A stretch of DNA of 64,000 bases from Candidatus Methylomirabilota bacterium. Lineage in GTDB: Bacteria; Methylomirabilota; Methylomirabilia; Rokubacteriales; CSP1-6. Below, one piece after another: positions 19,370-28,344 of this stretch. A program made the translations under genes and the position numbers. The notes below the pieces were generated by a model that did not search any database, had not been told where the DNA came from, and saw nothing but the letters and a program-made list of their open reading frames with translations. The DNA is taken from NCBI GenBank assembly GCA_036002485.1, contig DASYTI010000108.1:2053-66052 (forward strand), read 5' to 3'. Positions within the stretch are counted from its first letter, which is position 1, and every line of letters starts with the position of its first letter.

Positions 19370-19845
19370 GTGTGGTTGGACACCAGGGTGGAGATCCGGA
19401 CGCTGCGCTCGGCCGCGTTCAGCACGCCCCAGGACACGATAGGTCGGTAGAAGACCTCGACGTCGACGCGCTTGCGCGCGATGGCCCCGCCCACGACAAA
19501 GTCGGTGATGGTCACCGTGCTGCGGTAGCCGGGGGCACTGGGGATGCTGCTGTAGGCCTGAGCCGGGAAGCACACGCCCGTGACATTCGCGAAGCCCATG
19601 CACGCCGTCAGCGAGTTGCCGAGCGCGGCGGCCTTGACCTGCTCCATTCGCTGCTCCGCGAGGAAGGTCGCCGTGGTCTGTTGCCGGCCGGCCTCGACGC
19701 CCTCTATGGCCATGTCAAATCCGGCGCCGACCGCGAGGAGGCCTATCCCGATGATGACCACGGCGGCCAGGAGCTCGGCCACGGTGAAGCCGGCCTGGTT
19801 GCCGAGGGCTTGTCGTATCCTGGTTCCGTAGCTTTGGGTGTCCAT
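19366..19845 (-). CDS. pilV: PilV-like prepilin-type minor pilin
   Basis: N-methylation motif GFTVAELLAAVVI. Confidence 0.7.
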   Translation of the reverse strand: MDTQSYGTRIRQALGNQAGFTVAELLAAVVIIGIGLLAVGAGFDMAIEGVEAGRQQTTATFLAEQRMEQVKAAALGNSLTACMGFANVTGVCFPAQAYSSIPSAPGYRSTVTITDFVVGGAIARKRVDVEVFYRPIVSWGVLNAAERSVRISTLVSNHT

Positions 19846-20093
19846 GTCGCCGCATGAAGACTGAGCAAGCGAAGTGCCACGGCGGCCGCCCAGAGCGACT
19901 CTCGGCTATCTATCGGAACTTCTTAGAGGAAACCGGATATCTGACCTCGCGAAATGGGCGCGAAAACCACCCAGATAGTGGGCGGGTGGACCGTCCGTGA
20001 CACTTGGCCGCCCAGGACTGTCAACTGGGCGGAGGGGGCCATCCTGACCGCGGGCGGTGGGGAGGGCCGGCGGAGCCCGTCCGGGGACGCCGA

Positions 20094-21722
20094 TTACCGG
20101 TCGAGCCAGACCACTTCGAGCTGCGCGCCCCGGTCGAAAGAATTCTTGCAGCCGTAGTTCTTGACCCACGGCGCCCAGGACGACACGTTCTTCGGGTAGG
20201 GCGTGTAGACGTAGTAGACCTGGGCCGCGGCATGCCGCTGGATGTCGTCGATGATCTTTTTCCGGGACGAGCGGGCCGTGTAGCGCCGCTGCGCATCGAG
20301 GAGGCCGTCGAGCTGGGTGTCCGACACGTGGCTCCGGTTGTTGGGCTGACCGGTGCGGAAGAAATTGAAGAGGTAGCCGTCCACTTCGGTGAAGAGCGAC
20401 GACGGCCCCCAGGAGACCTCGTCGAACTTTCCGAGGAACGACCCGCGGATGTAGTTGCCGTACTCTTCGTTGACGATGGAGAGCTCCACCCCGATGTGCT
20501 TCAGGCTCGAGGCCAGAAGCCCGAGCTCCTCGACATAGTCCGTCCCATAGCCGGGCCAGTTGGTGCACTTGACCCTCATGCCATGGGGAAATCCCGCGTC
20601 CGCCAGCATCTTCTTCGCCAGCCCCGGGTTGTGGTGGAGCCACTTCACCCCCTCGCCCAGCTCGCCCGCGGGCAGCTTCCACTCGCGCATGGGCGCCGGC
20701 ACCGGCCCCGGATCTTCCCAGCCCTGCCCCTCGAGGTGCTGGGCCACCCACTTCTTTCGATCGATGGCGAGGGAGAAAGCCTGCCGCACGCGCGGGTCGC
20801 TCCACGGCGCCTTGTCGGTGCGGAAGGCGAGGGTCCGGTTGGCGAGCCAGTCCCAGAACGCCACGGGGTAGGTCGGATTGGATCTCCGGAACGACCCGAT
20901 GTCCGCGCGGGGGACGCGCCCGTCGTAGAACGGAATGTCCACCTGCCCCGCGCGGAAGAGCGAGAGCTGGGTCGCGCGGTCCTTGACGAACAGCCACTCC
21001 ACGCGGTCGAGATAGGGCCGTCCCTTGCCGTAGTACCTCGGATTGCGCGCGAAGACGGCCTTGAGCCCGGGCTCGTAGCGCTCGAGGACGAAGGGACCGC
21101 ACCCGATCAACGACTCGGCGGCCCTGAAGTCGCCCATCTTGTCCTCGACCTCGGGGGGCAGGATGCAGCTCCACGGCTCGGCCTGATTGTGGAGGAAAGG
21201 AGCGAAGGCTTCCGTCAGGGTCACGCGAACCGTGTGCGAGTCAGGCGTCTCGATTCCTTCGACCCGGCCGAGCAGATGGCCGTAGGGCGACTTCCGGAGC
21301 GCCCGCTCCATCGAGTACTTGACGTCGGAGGCGACGAGCTCGCGCCCGTGGACGGGAGACCTCGCCTCCCAGCGGACGCCTTTGCGCAGGGAGATCGTGT
21401 AGACACGCCCGTCCTTGGAGACGGCGGCCTTGGTGGCCAGATCGGGCACCAGGGTAAAGTCCGATGGGCCGTAGGGGGCGCCGTTGACGAACTTGAACAG
21501 CGTCCGGCGCACGAACGAGGACACGAGCTGCGTCTGGTAGGCGACGGTGATCTGGGGATCGAAGCTCGGAGGCTCGACGCCGATATGCTTGAGGATCCCG
21601 CCGCGCCGGGGCCGCCTCTGGGCAGCCGCTTCTCCGGGCCGCAGGGTGACGGCGGCCGCGGCTCCTCCGACGAACCGGAGGAAATCACGTCGCCCGACGA
21701 GCGCGGCGGCAGCCTGATCCAT
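20094..21722 (-). CDS. ABC transporter substrate-binding protein, family 5 (peptide/nickel/opine type), Tat signal
   Basis: Twin-arginine motif RRDFLRFVGGAAAA and an SBP_bac_5-like sequence. Start taken at MDQAAAALVGRRDFL. Confidence 0.75.
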   Translation of the reverse strand: MDQAAAALVGRRDFLRFVGGAAAAVTLRPGEAAAQRRPRRGGILKHIGVEPPSFDPQITVAYQTQLVSSFVRRTLFKFVNGAPYGPSDFTLVPDLATKAAVSKDGRVYTISLRKGVRWEARSPVHGRELVASDVKYSMERALRKSPYGHLLGRVEGIETPDSHTVRVTLTEAFAPFLHNQAEPWSCILPPEVEDKMGDFRAAESLIGCGPFVLERYEPGLKAVFARNPRYYGKGRPYLDRVEWLFVKDRATQLSLFRAGQVDIPFYDGRVPRADIGSFRRSNPTYPVAFWDWLANRTLAFRTDKAPWSDPRVRQAFSLAIDRKKWVAQHLEGQGWEDPGPVPAPMREWKLPAGELGEGVKWLHHNPGLAKKMLADAGFPHGMRVKCTNWPGYGTDYVEELGLLASSLKHIGVELSIVNEEYGNYIRGSFLGKFDEVSWGPSSLFTEVDGYLFNFFRTGQPNNRSHVSDTQLDGLLDAQRRYTARSSRKKIIDDIQRHAAAQVYYVYTPYPKNVSSWAPWVKNYGCKNSFDRGAQLEVVWLDR

Positions 21723-21863
21723 GACATCCTCTCGGAAGGGTCGTGAACGGTCGCGAACCGCGGCAGTATAGCAGGTCCCCGCACGACCAAGCAGCGCGGC
21801 GAACTCCTGCGCCAGCAGTCCGCCTTGTCGTGACAACACGAAAACTTCGACTCGCGCATTCCC

Positions 21864-22087
21864 GGGCGGGTGACGCCGGCAGGGATGCCCTCGGGAGCGA
21901 ATCCGACGAGCCGTAGCGCGCCCCGAAGCGCAGGGCGCCTCCGCCGCGCGAGCCGTCCTGCGCAGCAGGGCGGCGAGCGCAACCCCCGTCTCGGGGGATG
22001 GGGGGCAGGCGGAGGCGCCCGAGCGAGGTGGCGCGCGAGGCGAGGAGGTTGAGCGAGCGAGGGCATCCCTGCCGGCGTCGCCCGCCC
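21864..22087. repeat. 30-bp near-perfect inverted repeats (29/30) flanking a 164-bp GC-rich structured spacer
   Basis: 21864-21893 GGGCGGGTGACGCCGGCAGGGATGCCCTCG versus the reverse complement of 22058-22087 GGGCGGGCGACGCCGGCAGGGATGCCCTCG. It sits in the 445-bp intergenic leader of the SBP gene. Confidence 0.6.
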
Positions 22088-22167
22088 GCCGCCACGAGCA
22101 GGCACCCGACCGGCGCCGATTCGGTGGAAACAGGATGAGCCACTAGCCTCCCGCGAATGGGTGTTTG

Positions 22168-22791
22168 TCAGCCGCTGGCCAGAGGCTCGCGATGGTTGAG
22201 GAGCCGCAGCAGCCAGCGGTCGCCGGCCGCCTCCAGAACGGAGAGCGCGGCGTAGTCCTGTCCCAGCATGAGAATGCGCTCGAGGGGGAGGCCGAGGGCT
22301 CGGCAGAGGACGATGCGGTTGGGACCGCCGTGCGCGACCACCAGCACGCTTTCCCCGGCATGCCGCGCGGCGATGGCCTCGAAGGCGGGCCACGCGCGGG
22401 CCTCCACCTCGGCCAGGCTCTCGCCCTCCGGAAACTGAAAGCGCCCGATATCGGCCATCCACGCCTCGAAGGCCACCGGCTCGCGCGTCCGGATCTCCTC
22501 GGCCGTGAGGCCTTCCCAGCGTCCCATCGAGAACTCGCGCAGGGCGCGCAGAGGCTCCACCCCGATCCCGTGGGGCGCGCACACGATCTCCGCCGTGCGG
22601 CGGGTTCGCACGAGGTCACTGGAGTACGCGGCGGCCAGGGAGGTGCCGGCGAGGCGGCGGGCGAGCGCGGCAGATTCGGCTTCGCCGCGCGGAGACAGCG
22701 GCACGTCGAGGTGTCCGATGAAGCGGCGGCTCTCCGCGCCGACCACGCTGCCGTGGCGGGCGAGGTAGACGGTCGTGCGCCCCGGCCTCAT
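22168..22791 (-). CDS. cobC: Alpha-ribazole phosphatase (histidine phosphatase / PGM family)
   Basis: N-terminal RHG motif (VYLARHGSV) and a later AHGG; CobC-like. The raw ORF has a junk 238-aa extension; the ATG at 22791 makes an ATGA overlap with the upstream gene. Confidence 0.75.
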   Translation of the reverse strand: MRPGRTTVYLARHGSVVGAESRRFIGHLDVPLSPRGEAESAALARRLAGTSLAAAYSSDLVRTRRTAEIVCAPHGIGVEPLRALREFSMGRWEGLTAEEIRTREPVAFEAWMADIGRFQFPEGESLAEVEARAWPAFEAIAARHAGESVLVVAHGGPNRIVLCRALGLPLERILMLGQDYAALSVLEAAGDRWLLRLLNHREPLASG

Positions 22792-23585
22792 ATCCGACGG
22801 CCGGAGGGCTTGGCTTCGGAGGCCGCGACCAGCCGGAACGATCCCGCCTGGAGCAGCAGGGCCGCCGCCATGGCCGCCCCGAAGGCGGCGGCGAGACCGA
22901 CGTGCACGACGAGCAGGCCCAGGACAAAAAAGAAAGCCGCGAAGGAAAAAAGACCGAAGAGCAGGCCTCTCAGAACCTGCACGGCCGGTCCCGGCCCCTG
23001 CAGCTCGTGCGCGAAGACGGTCAGGATGGCCGCGTAGACGGGAAAGGTCGCGAGCAGCCCGCTCAGTCCGGGACCCAGAATCGGCGCGAATCCTGTGAGC
23101 AGCAGCACGATGGCCGTGGTGATCACCATGCGGGCCGGGATATCCCAGGCGGGAAGCGGCGTGGCGTGACGAGCATCCTCGCCCCTCGGCATCAGACGGA
23201 TCACCACCCCCAGCGCGAAGATGGTGACGGGAAAGAGCACGATGAGGCTCACGTGCGCGCCCTGGAACGCCGTCCCCACGACCGCGAAGACACCGATGCC
23301 GACGAGAAGGGCCAGCGGCCAGGGCACCCGAAACGCGAGCCGGCCGTAGCCGAGACAGAAGCCGGCCTGGGCAATGGTCCCCGCCATCGAGCCGACGGCG
23401 GCGGCCGCCGCGAAGGCCGCGCCGTGATCGATCACGAGGAAGAATGCCACGGGCCCCGAGGTGAGGGGCAGCCCGACGATCCAGCCGCTCACCCCCTGGC
23501 CCCATCGGCGACCGGCCAAGCTCGCCGCCCCGATGAGCGCGGGCGTCATCACGAGCTTGAGGGTCAAGCTCTCTCCGGGCGTCAT
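22788..23585 (-). CDS. Polytopic (~7 TM) membrane protein of unknown function within the cobS-cobC operon
   Basis: Hydrophobic 265-aa ORF. ATGA overlaps at both ends (with cobS and cobC). Confidence 0.55.
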   Translation of the reverse strand: MTPGESLTLKLVMTPALIGAASLAGRRWGQGVSGWIVGLPLTSGPVAFFLVIDHGAAFAAAAAVGSMAGTIAQAGFCLGYGRLAFRVPWPLALLVGIGVFAVVGTAFQGAHVSLIVLFPVTIFALGVVIRLMPRGEDARHATPLPAWDIPARMVITTAIVLLLTGFAPILGPGLSGLLATFPVYAAILTVFAHELQGPGPAVQVLRGLLFGLFSFAAFFFVLGLLVVHVGLAAAFGAAMAAALLLQAGSFRLVAASEAKPSGRRI

Positions 23586-24334
23586 GGGATCACGCGGAGG
23601 TGCATGAGGGCCGCGGCGGCGACGAGGGTGGCCAGCTCAGCGATCTCGACCGAGGACCCGAGGGCGTCGCCGGTGAGACCACCCAGGCGAGAGGCCAGAA
23701 AGACCGCCCAGATCAGGACCGCGCAGAGCGAGAGGCTGAGCAGGAGAGCACTCCAGGGACCAAGGAAGCACCCCGCGAGCGCCCAGAGCCAGACGAGATG
23801 CGCGGGCGCGGCCCATCGCGACAGTCCCGCCTGGAAGGAGGCGCCCATTCCCTGCCCCGGGGTGGCCGCCGGAAAAAGCGGGGCGATGAGGAGCGGCCCG
23901 AGCCGGCCAATGACGGGCGCGATCAAGAGCACGCCCGTACGCCCCGGCCATGACAGGGCGACCAGGGCCGCCGCGGAGATCAGGAGATGCAGGACAAGCC
24001 CGACGGCGCCGAAGACCCCGAGCCGGCTGTCCCGCATGATGGCCACGCGCTGGTCCGTGTCTGTCCCCGCGAGGCCATCGAGAGCATCGGCGAGCCCGTC
24101 GAGATGGATGCCGCCCGTGAGGATCTTCCAGAGGGCGAGGAGCAGAAGTCCCCCCAGGAGCGGCGGGAAGGCATAGGAGAATGCCCGGTCGGCGCCGACG
24201 AGGAGGGCGCCCAGAGCCAGCCCGATGGGGGGAAACCACCAGGCCGCGCGCCCGAAGGCCTCGTCTCCCGTGGCCTCGCGCCCTGGCACCGGCACGATGG
24301 TCAAGAACCTGATCGCGAGTATCAGGTACGCCAC
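23582..24334 (-). CDS. cobS: Adenosylcobinamide-GDP ribazoletransferase (cobalamin synthase)
   Basis: Integral membrane protein with an HLDGLADALDG motif and CobS-like sequence. Confidence 0.85.
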   Translation of the reverse strand: MAYLILAIRFLTIVPVPGREATGDEAFGRAAWWFPPIGLALGALLVGADRAFSYAFPPLLGGLLLLALWKILTGGIHLDGLADALDGLAGTDTDQRVAIMRDSRLGVFGAVGLVLHLLISAAALVALSWPGRTGVLLIAPVIGRLGPLLIAPLFPAATPGQGMGASFQAGLSRWAAPAHLVWLWALAGCFLGPWSALLLSLSLCAVLIWAVFLASRLGGLTGDALGSSVEIAELATLVAAAALMHLRVIP

Positions 24335-24347
24335 GCGCCGATCCGCG

Positions 24348-25871
24348 TCAGACGGGAAGTACCGGGTTCCTGCGCGCCGGAAACTCGAGCTGCTTGGAGG
24401 CCGCGTACTCGAGCCGCTTCATCAGCTCCCCCCGCAGCTCCGAGCCCGCGATGATGCCGTCCACCAGCATCTCGGAAGCGAGCTTGTAGATGTCCACGTC
24501 CCGCACGTATTCGTCGCGCTTCCCCTGGACGTAGGCCGCGCGCTCGCTCTCGGGCAGCTCCATGATCTTGTTGTAGTAGACGGCGTTGACGGCGGGCTCC
24601 GGGCCCATGATGGCCACTTGCCCTTGCGGCAGCGACAGGGCCGCGTCCGGCTCGAAGGCCGGGCCGCACATGGCATACAGTCCGGCGCCATAGCACTTCC
24701 GCACGACCACGGAGATCTTGGGAACGGTGGCCTGCGAGGTGGCGAAGACCATCTTGGCCCCGTGACGGATGATGCCGGCGCGCTCGACCTTGGTACCGAC
24801 CATGAAGCCCGAGACGTCGGCGAGGTAGACGAGGGGGATATTGTACGCGTTGCAGAGCCAGATGAACCGCGCTCCCTTGTCCGCGGAGTCGACCATGAGC
24901 ACCCCGCCCTTGACTTTCGGCTGATTGGCCACGATGCCGACGGCGCGCCCGCCGATGCGTGCGAAGCCCGTGATGATCTCCCGGGCGAAGAGGCGCTTGA
25001 TCTCGAAGAACGAGTCCGCGTCCACCACCCGCTCGATGAGCTCGTACATGTCGAACCACTTGCGCTGGTCGTACGGGACGATCTCCTCGATGGAACGGCC
25101 GGGGGCGGCCGCGCGCGTCTCCACGGCCCCCGGGCGCTCCCGATAGGACTGCGGCATGAAGGCGAGATAGCGCTTGGCGACCTCGATGGCCTCCTCGTCG
25201 GAACCCGCGAGGACGTCGCCGCATCCCGATACGGAGCAGTGCATGCGGGCCCCCCCCAGTTCCTCCAGCGTGGTCTTCTCGCCGATGGCCATCTCGACCA
25301 TGCGGGGAGAGCCGACGTAGAGGCTGGCCTTGCCGTCCACCATGATGACGCAATCCGTGAGGGCGGGCAGGTACGCGGAGCCGGCCGGCGAGGGACCGAA
25401 CAGGATGCACACCTGCGGGACCACTCCGGAGAGCTGGACCTCGTTGTAGAAGATGCGACCGGCGTGGTAGCGTCCGGGAAAGATCTTGATCTGCTCGGAG
25501 ATGCGCCCGCCCGCCGCGTCCACGAGGTAGAGGAGGGGGAGCTGAAGACGCTGTGCGCGTTCCTGGATGCGCACGATCTTCTGGACGGTCTTCTCGCCCC
25601 AGGAGCCGGCCTTGACCGTGTAGTCATTGGCCATGATGCAGACCGGCCGGCCCTCCACGGTGCCCACGCCCGTGACGACGCCGTCCGCCGGCGTCTCGGC
25701 CTCCTGACTGCGCGCGAAGAGAAAGTCCTCCTGGAACTCGGCGCCGGGGTCGAGGAGAAGCTTCAGGCGGTCGCGGACGAAGAGCTTGCCTTCGTCCTTG
25801 AGCTTGTCTCGGTGCTTGAGGTGGCCCTGCTCGATGCGGGCACGCTCCCGGAAATAGCGCTCCTCACTCAC
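24348..25871 (-). CDS. Acyl-CoA carboxylase carboxyltransferase subunit (propionyl-CoA carboxylase beta / methylmalonyl-CoA carboxyltransferase 12S)
   Basis: 507 aa with crotonase-fold carboxyltransferase N and C domains (GGARMHCSVSG..., VVRKCYGAGLYAM). Confidence 0.85.
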   Translation of the reverse strand: MSEERYFRERARIEQGHLKHRDKLKDEGKLFVRDRLKLLLDPGAEFQEDFLFARSQEAETPADGVVTGVGTVEGRPVCIMANDYTVKAGSWGEKTVQKIVRIQERAQRLQLPLLYLVDAAGGRISEQIKIFPGRYHAGRIFYNEVQLSGVVPQVCILFGPSPAGSAYLPALTDCVIMVDGKASLYVGSPRMVEMAIGEKTTLEELGGARMHCSVSGCGDVLAGSDEEAIEVAKRYLAFMPQSYRERPGAVETRAAAPGRSIEEIVPYDQRKWFDMYELIERVVDADSFFEIKRLFAREIITGFARIGGRAVGIVANQPKVKGGVLMVDSADKGARFIWLCNAYNIPLVYLADVSGFMVGTKVERAGIIRHGAKMVFATSQATVPKISVVVRKCYGAGLYAMCGPAFEPDAALSLPQGQVAIMGPEPAVNAVYYNKIMELPESERAAYVQGKRDEYVRDVDIYKLASEMLVDGIIAGSELRGELMKRLEYAASKQLEFPARRNPVLPV

Positions 25872-25889
25872 CGCCGGGCTCCTTCTCGC

Positions 25890-27110
25890 TCACTTCGCCG
25901 CGGGCACGGCGGGGACGGGATCGGCCCAGATGATGAAGATGAGCGCGTTGGGACCCTGACGATCTCTCACAACCATCCACGGAGTTCCCGGCCCGGCAAC
26001 CACGTTCATCGTCACCTCGGACTTTTCTCCCTTGAGCAGACGCACCTGCATGCGCACCGACTTGCCCTGGAGGTCCCTCGGCGTGACTTCCAGCCAGCGA
26101 TCGCCCGGGGCGGGGAGGCGCTTGGACGCGCCAAACTCGACGTCGACCTTGTGATGGTCGAGCGGCGTGTAGTCCCTGTATGCGAAGGCCTTGCGCAGCC
26201 GCGGCACGATCTGCTTGAGCCGCTCGTCCATCTGCGCCTCCGCCGGCGCCGGCGCGCCCGCGGGCGCGAGGCTCTGCTTTCCGGCGGGGGTGCCGGGCGG
26301 CGCGTTCGGCGGCGGTGGATTCGACGCCTGAAGGACCCTCACCTCGAAGTGCACGGTGCCCTTGGCGGTTGCTGGTGCGGGGGCGGGGGCGGTTGCGGGT
26401 GGTGGCGCCGCGGGCGGCGCCTGCGCCGCGGTTGGAGCGACGAGGCCCGCCGCGCCGAGCAAGGCGGCCAGGCAAAGGACAACGGCAAGCATGGGCCCCA
26501 GCACGGTGCGCAGGCGCTTGCGCGCGTTGTGAAGCCTCGACATCACGGTGCCGATCGGGCAGTTGAGCACGGACGCGATCTCGCGGTATGACAGTCCCTC
26601 GACGTCACTGAGCATGATAATGGCTCGCGCGTTGGGCGGCAAGGAGTCGAGCGCCTGACTGATGCGCTGGCGGCGCTGGGCTCCTTCCGTCACCTCGTCG
26701 GGTCCCACGCCGGGATCGGCCGCCGTGCGCTCCCATTCCTCCTCCGGCACCGGCTGATTGCCGAAGGCGCGCGCCTGCGCGCCGCGCGCTCGGAGCCGAT
26801 CGGTGGCCACGTTCATGGCGATGCGAAAGAGCCAGGTGTAGAAGGCGGACTGACCGCGAAAGGATCCCAGCGACTGGAAAGCCCGCACGAAGGCGTCCTG
26901 AGCGCAATCCCATGCCTCCTCGCGATCGCGGAGCACCTGGTAGGCCAGGCGCCACACGCGCTGCCGGTATTTCTCCACCAAGGGCTCGAAGGCCTCGACG
27001 TCACCGGCCCGGCATCGCTCGAGGAGCGCACGCTCATCGATATCGGTCGGGCGAGAAGGTGGCCCGGCGTCCGGAGGCGTCGGAGGAACGGTAGGAGGCG
27101 TCACGGCCAC
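25890..27110 (-). CDS. ECF sigma-70 factor fused to a C-terminal TM helix, Pro-rich linker and ~120-aa extracytoplasmic domain
   Basis: Sigma-2 (VWRLAYQVLRDREEAWDCAQDAFVRAF) and sigma-4 (LSYREIASVLNCPIGTVMSRLHNARKRL) regions. Then a TM segment (VLGPMLAVVLCLAALLGAAGLV), a PAPAPA linker, and a C-terminal domain of unknown function. One uninterrupted frame. Confidence 0.7.
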   Translation of the reverse strand: MAVTPPTVPPTPPDAGPPSRPTDIDERALLERCRAGDVEAFEPLVEKYRQRVWRLAYQVLRDREEAWDCAQDAFVRAFQSLGSFRGQSAFYTWLFRIAMNVATDRLRARGAQARAFGNQPVPEEEWERTAADPGVGPDEVTEGAQRRQRISQALDSLPPNARAIIMLSDVEGLSYREIASVLNCPIGTVMSRLHNARKRLRTVLGPMLAVVLCLAALLGAAGLVAPTAAQAPPAAPPPATAPAPAPATAKGTVHFEVRVLQASNPPPPNAPPGTPAGKQSLAPAGAPAPAEAQMDERLKQIVPRLRKAFAYRDYTPLDHHKVDVEFGASKRLPAPGDRWLEVTPRDLQGKSVRMQVRLLKGEKSEVTMNVVAGPGTPWMVVRDRQGPNALIFIIWADPVPAVPAAK

Positions 27111-27172
27111 GCCGGGCAGCCACCGCGCGTCCCGGTCTCGAGCCGGTTAGACGCGGGGACGCCGACCCTCAT

Positions 27173-27649
27173 TCACCGTGCGCGGCGGGCCGGCCGCCCC
27201 GTCGCCGCCTCGAGGGCCGCGTCCAGCCCGAGCAGGTAACTCACCGGGCCAAAGCCCGAGATCTGCCCCTGGGCGGCCGCGGCAATGACGGAGTGGCGGC
27301 GGAACTCTTCCCGGGCGTGGATATTGGAGAGGTGGACCTCGACGACGGGCACGGGCACCGCGGACACGGCATCGCGCAAGGCCATCGAGTAGTGGGTGAG
27401 CGCGCCCGGATTCATCACGATGGCACCGAAACCCTCGCGGCCCGCGGTTTGGATCCAGTCGATGAGCTGCCCCTCGTGATTCGACTGGCGGCAGACGGCC
27501 TCGACGCCGCGCGCGCCTGCGTGTCGCTGGATACGCTGGTCGAGCTCGCGAAGCGTCGTGCGCCCGTAGACGGCAGGCTCACGCGTGCCCAGGAGATTGA
27601 GGTTCGGCCCGTGAAGCACGAGGATGCGCCGGGCAGCGGGACGTGCCAT
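27173..27649 (-). CDS. aroQ: Type II 3-dehydroquinate dehydratase
   Basis: [17 protein letters not shown]...NPGALTHYS is the AroQ signature. Confidence 0.85.
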   Translation of the reverse strand: MARPAARRILVLHGPNLNLLGTREPAVYGRTTLRELDQRIQRHAGARGVEAVCRQSNHEGQLIDWIQTAGREGFGAIVMNPGALTHYSMALRDAVSAVPVPVVEVHLSNIHAREEFRRHSVIAAAAQGQISGFGPVSYLLGLDAALEAATGRPARRAR

Positions 27650-27670
27650 GGCGCGAGAAGTATACACTGA

Positions 27671-28309
27671 TCACTGCGGGTCGACCGCGGACTGGCTCGG
27701 TCCGGGCGGCAGGGGCGCGGCGATCGCCGCTCGCACGCTCCGCAACAGCGCCTGGGCGGCGGCACGCGCGTCGGGGGACGTGGGAGGCTCGACCACAGGA
27801 TGATAGATGATGGTGAGCCGTCCCGGGCGTGGCAAGACGCGTCCCGGGGGCCAGGCCTCGTGGCCGCCAAGGATGGTCACGGGCAGCACGGGGACTTTGA
27901 GGGCGCAGGCGAGCCGGAAGGCTCCGGGTTGGAAGCGCTGGAGAGATCCGTCGAGGCTCCGGCCCGCCTCCGGAAAGATCATCACCGCGGCTCCCGATCC
28001 GAGGATGCGGACGGCCTCTCGCGTCGATCGGGTGTCGGTGGTCTTGAGCTGTACCGGGAAGGCGCGAAGGCGGCGGATGAGCCACGCGAGCCCGGGAATC
28101 TCGAACAGCGCGTCCCAAGCCATGAAGTGGACAGGGAAGCGGATCGGGATGCACACGAGCACGGGATCGGCAAAGGTCAGATGGTTGGGCGCGATGACCA
28201 GGGGGCCGCCCGGCGGGATATGCTCGACGCCCTCGAAGCGCACGCGCCAGTAGAATCGCGCCAGGAGCCACAGGAAGGGACGAAAAACGTCCAGCACCGG
28301 CGTGCGCAC
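27671..28309 (-). CDS. plsC: 1-acyl-sn-glycerol-3-phosphate acyltransferase
   Basis: HXXXXD motif (NHLTFADP) and FPEAGRS block. Confidence 0.8.
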   Translation of the reverse strand: MRTPVLDVFRPFLWLLARFYWRVRFEGVEHIPPGGPLVIAPNHLTFADPVLVCIPIRFPVHFMAWDALFEIPGLAWLIRRLRAFPVQLKTTDTRSTREAVRILGSGAAVMIFPEAGRSLDGSLQRFQPGAFRLACALKVPVLPVTILGGHEAWPPGRVLPRPGRLTIIYHPVVEPPTSPDARAAAQALLRSVRAAIAAPLPPGPSQSAVDPQ

Positions 28310-28344
28310 GCGCCGAGTGTGCCATGGAGGTCATGAGGGAGACA

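Noticed and set aside
19906-21174. 422-aa minus-strand ORF overlapping the family-5 SBP gene in another frame.
   Set aside because: It has an Arg-rich junk translation. The SBP frame has a Tat signal and clear SBP_bac_5-like sequence.
22792-23505. N-terminal 238 aa of the raw 445-aa ORF containing cobC.
   Set aside because: The region is a low-complexity Arg/Gly translation overlapping the membrane-protein gene. A bona fide ATG with ATGA coupling at 22791 begins the phosphatase domain.
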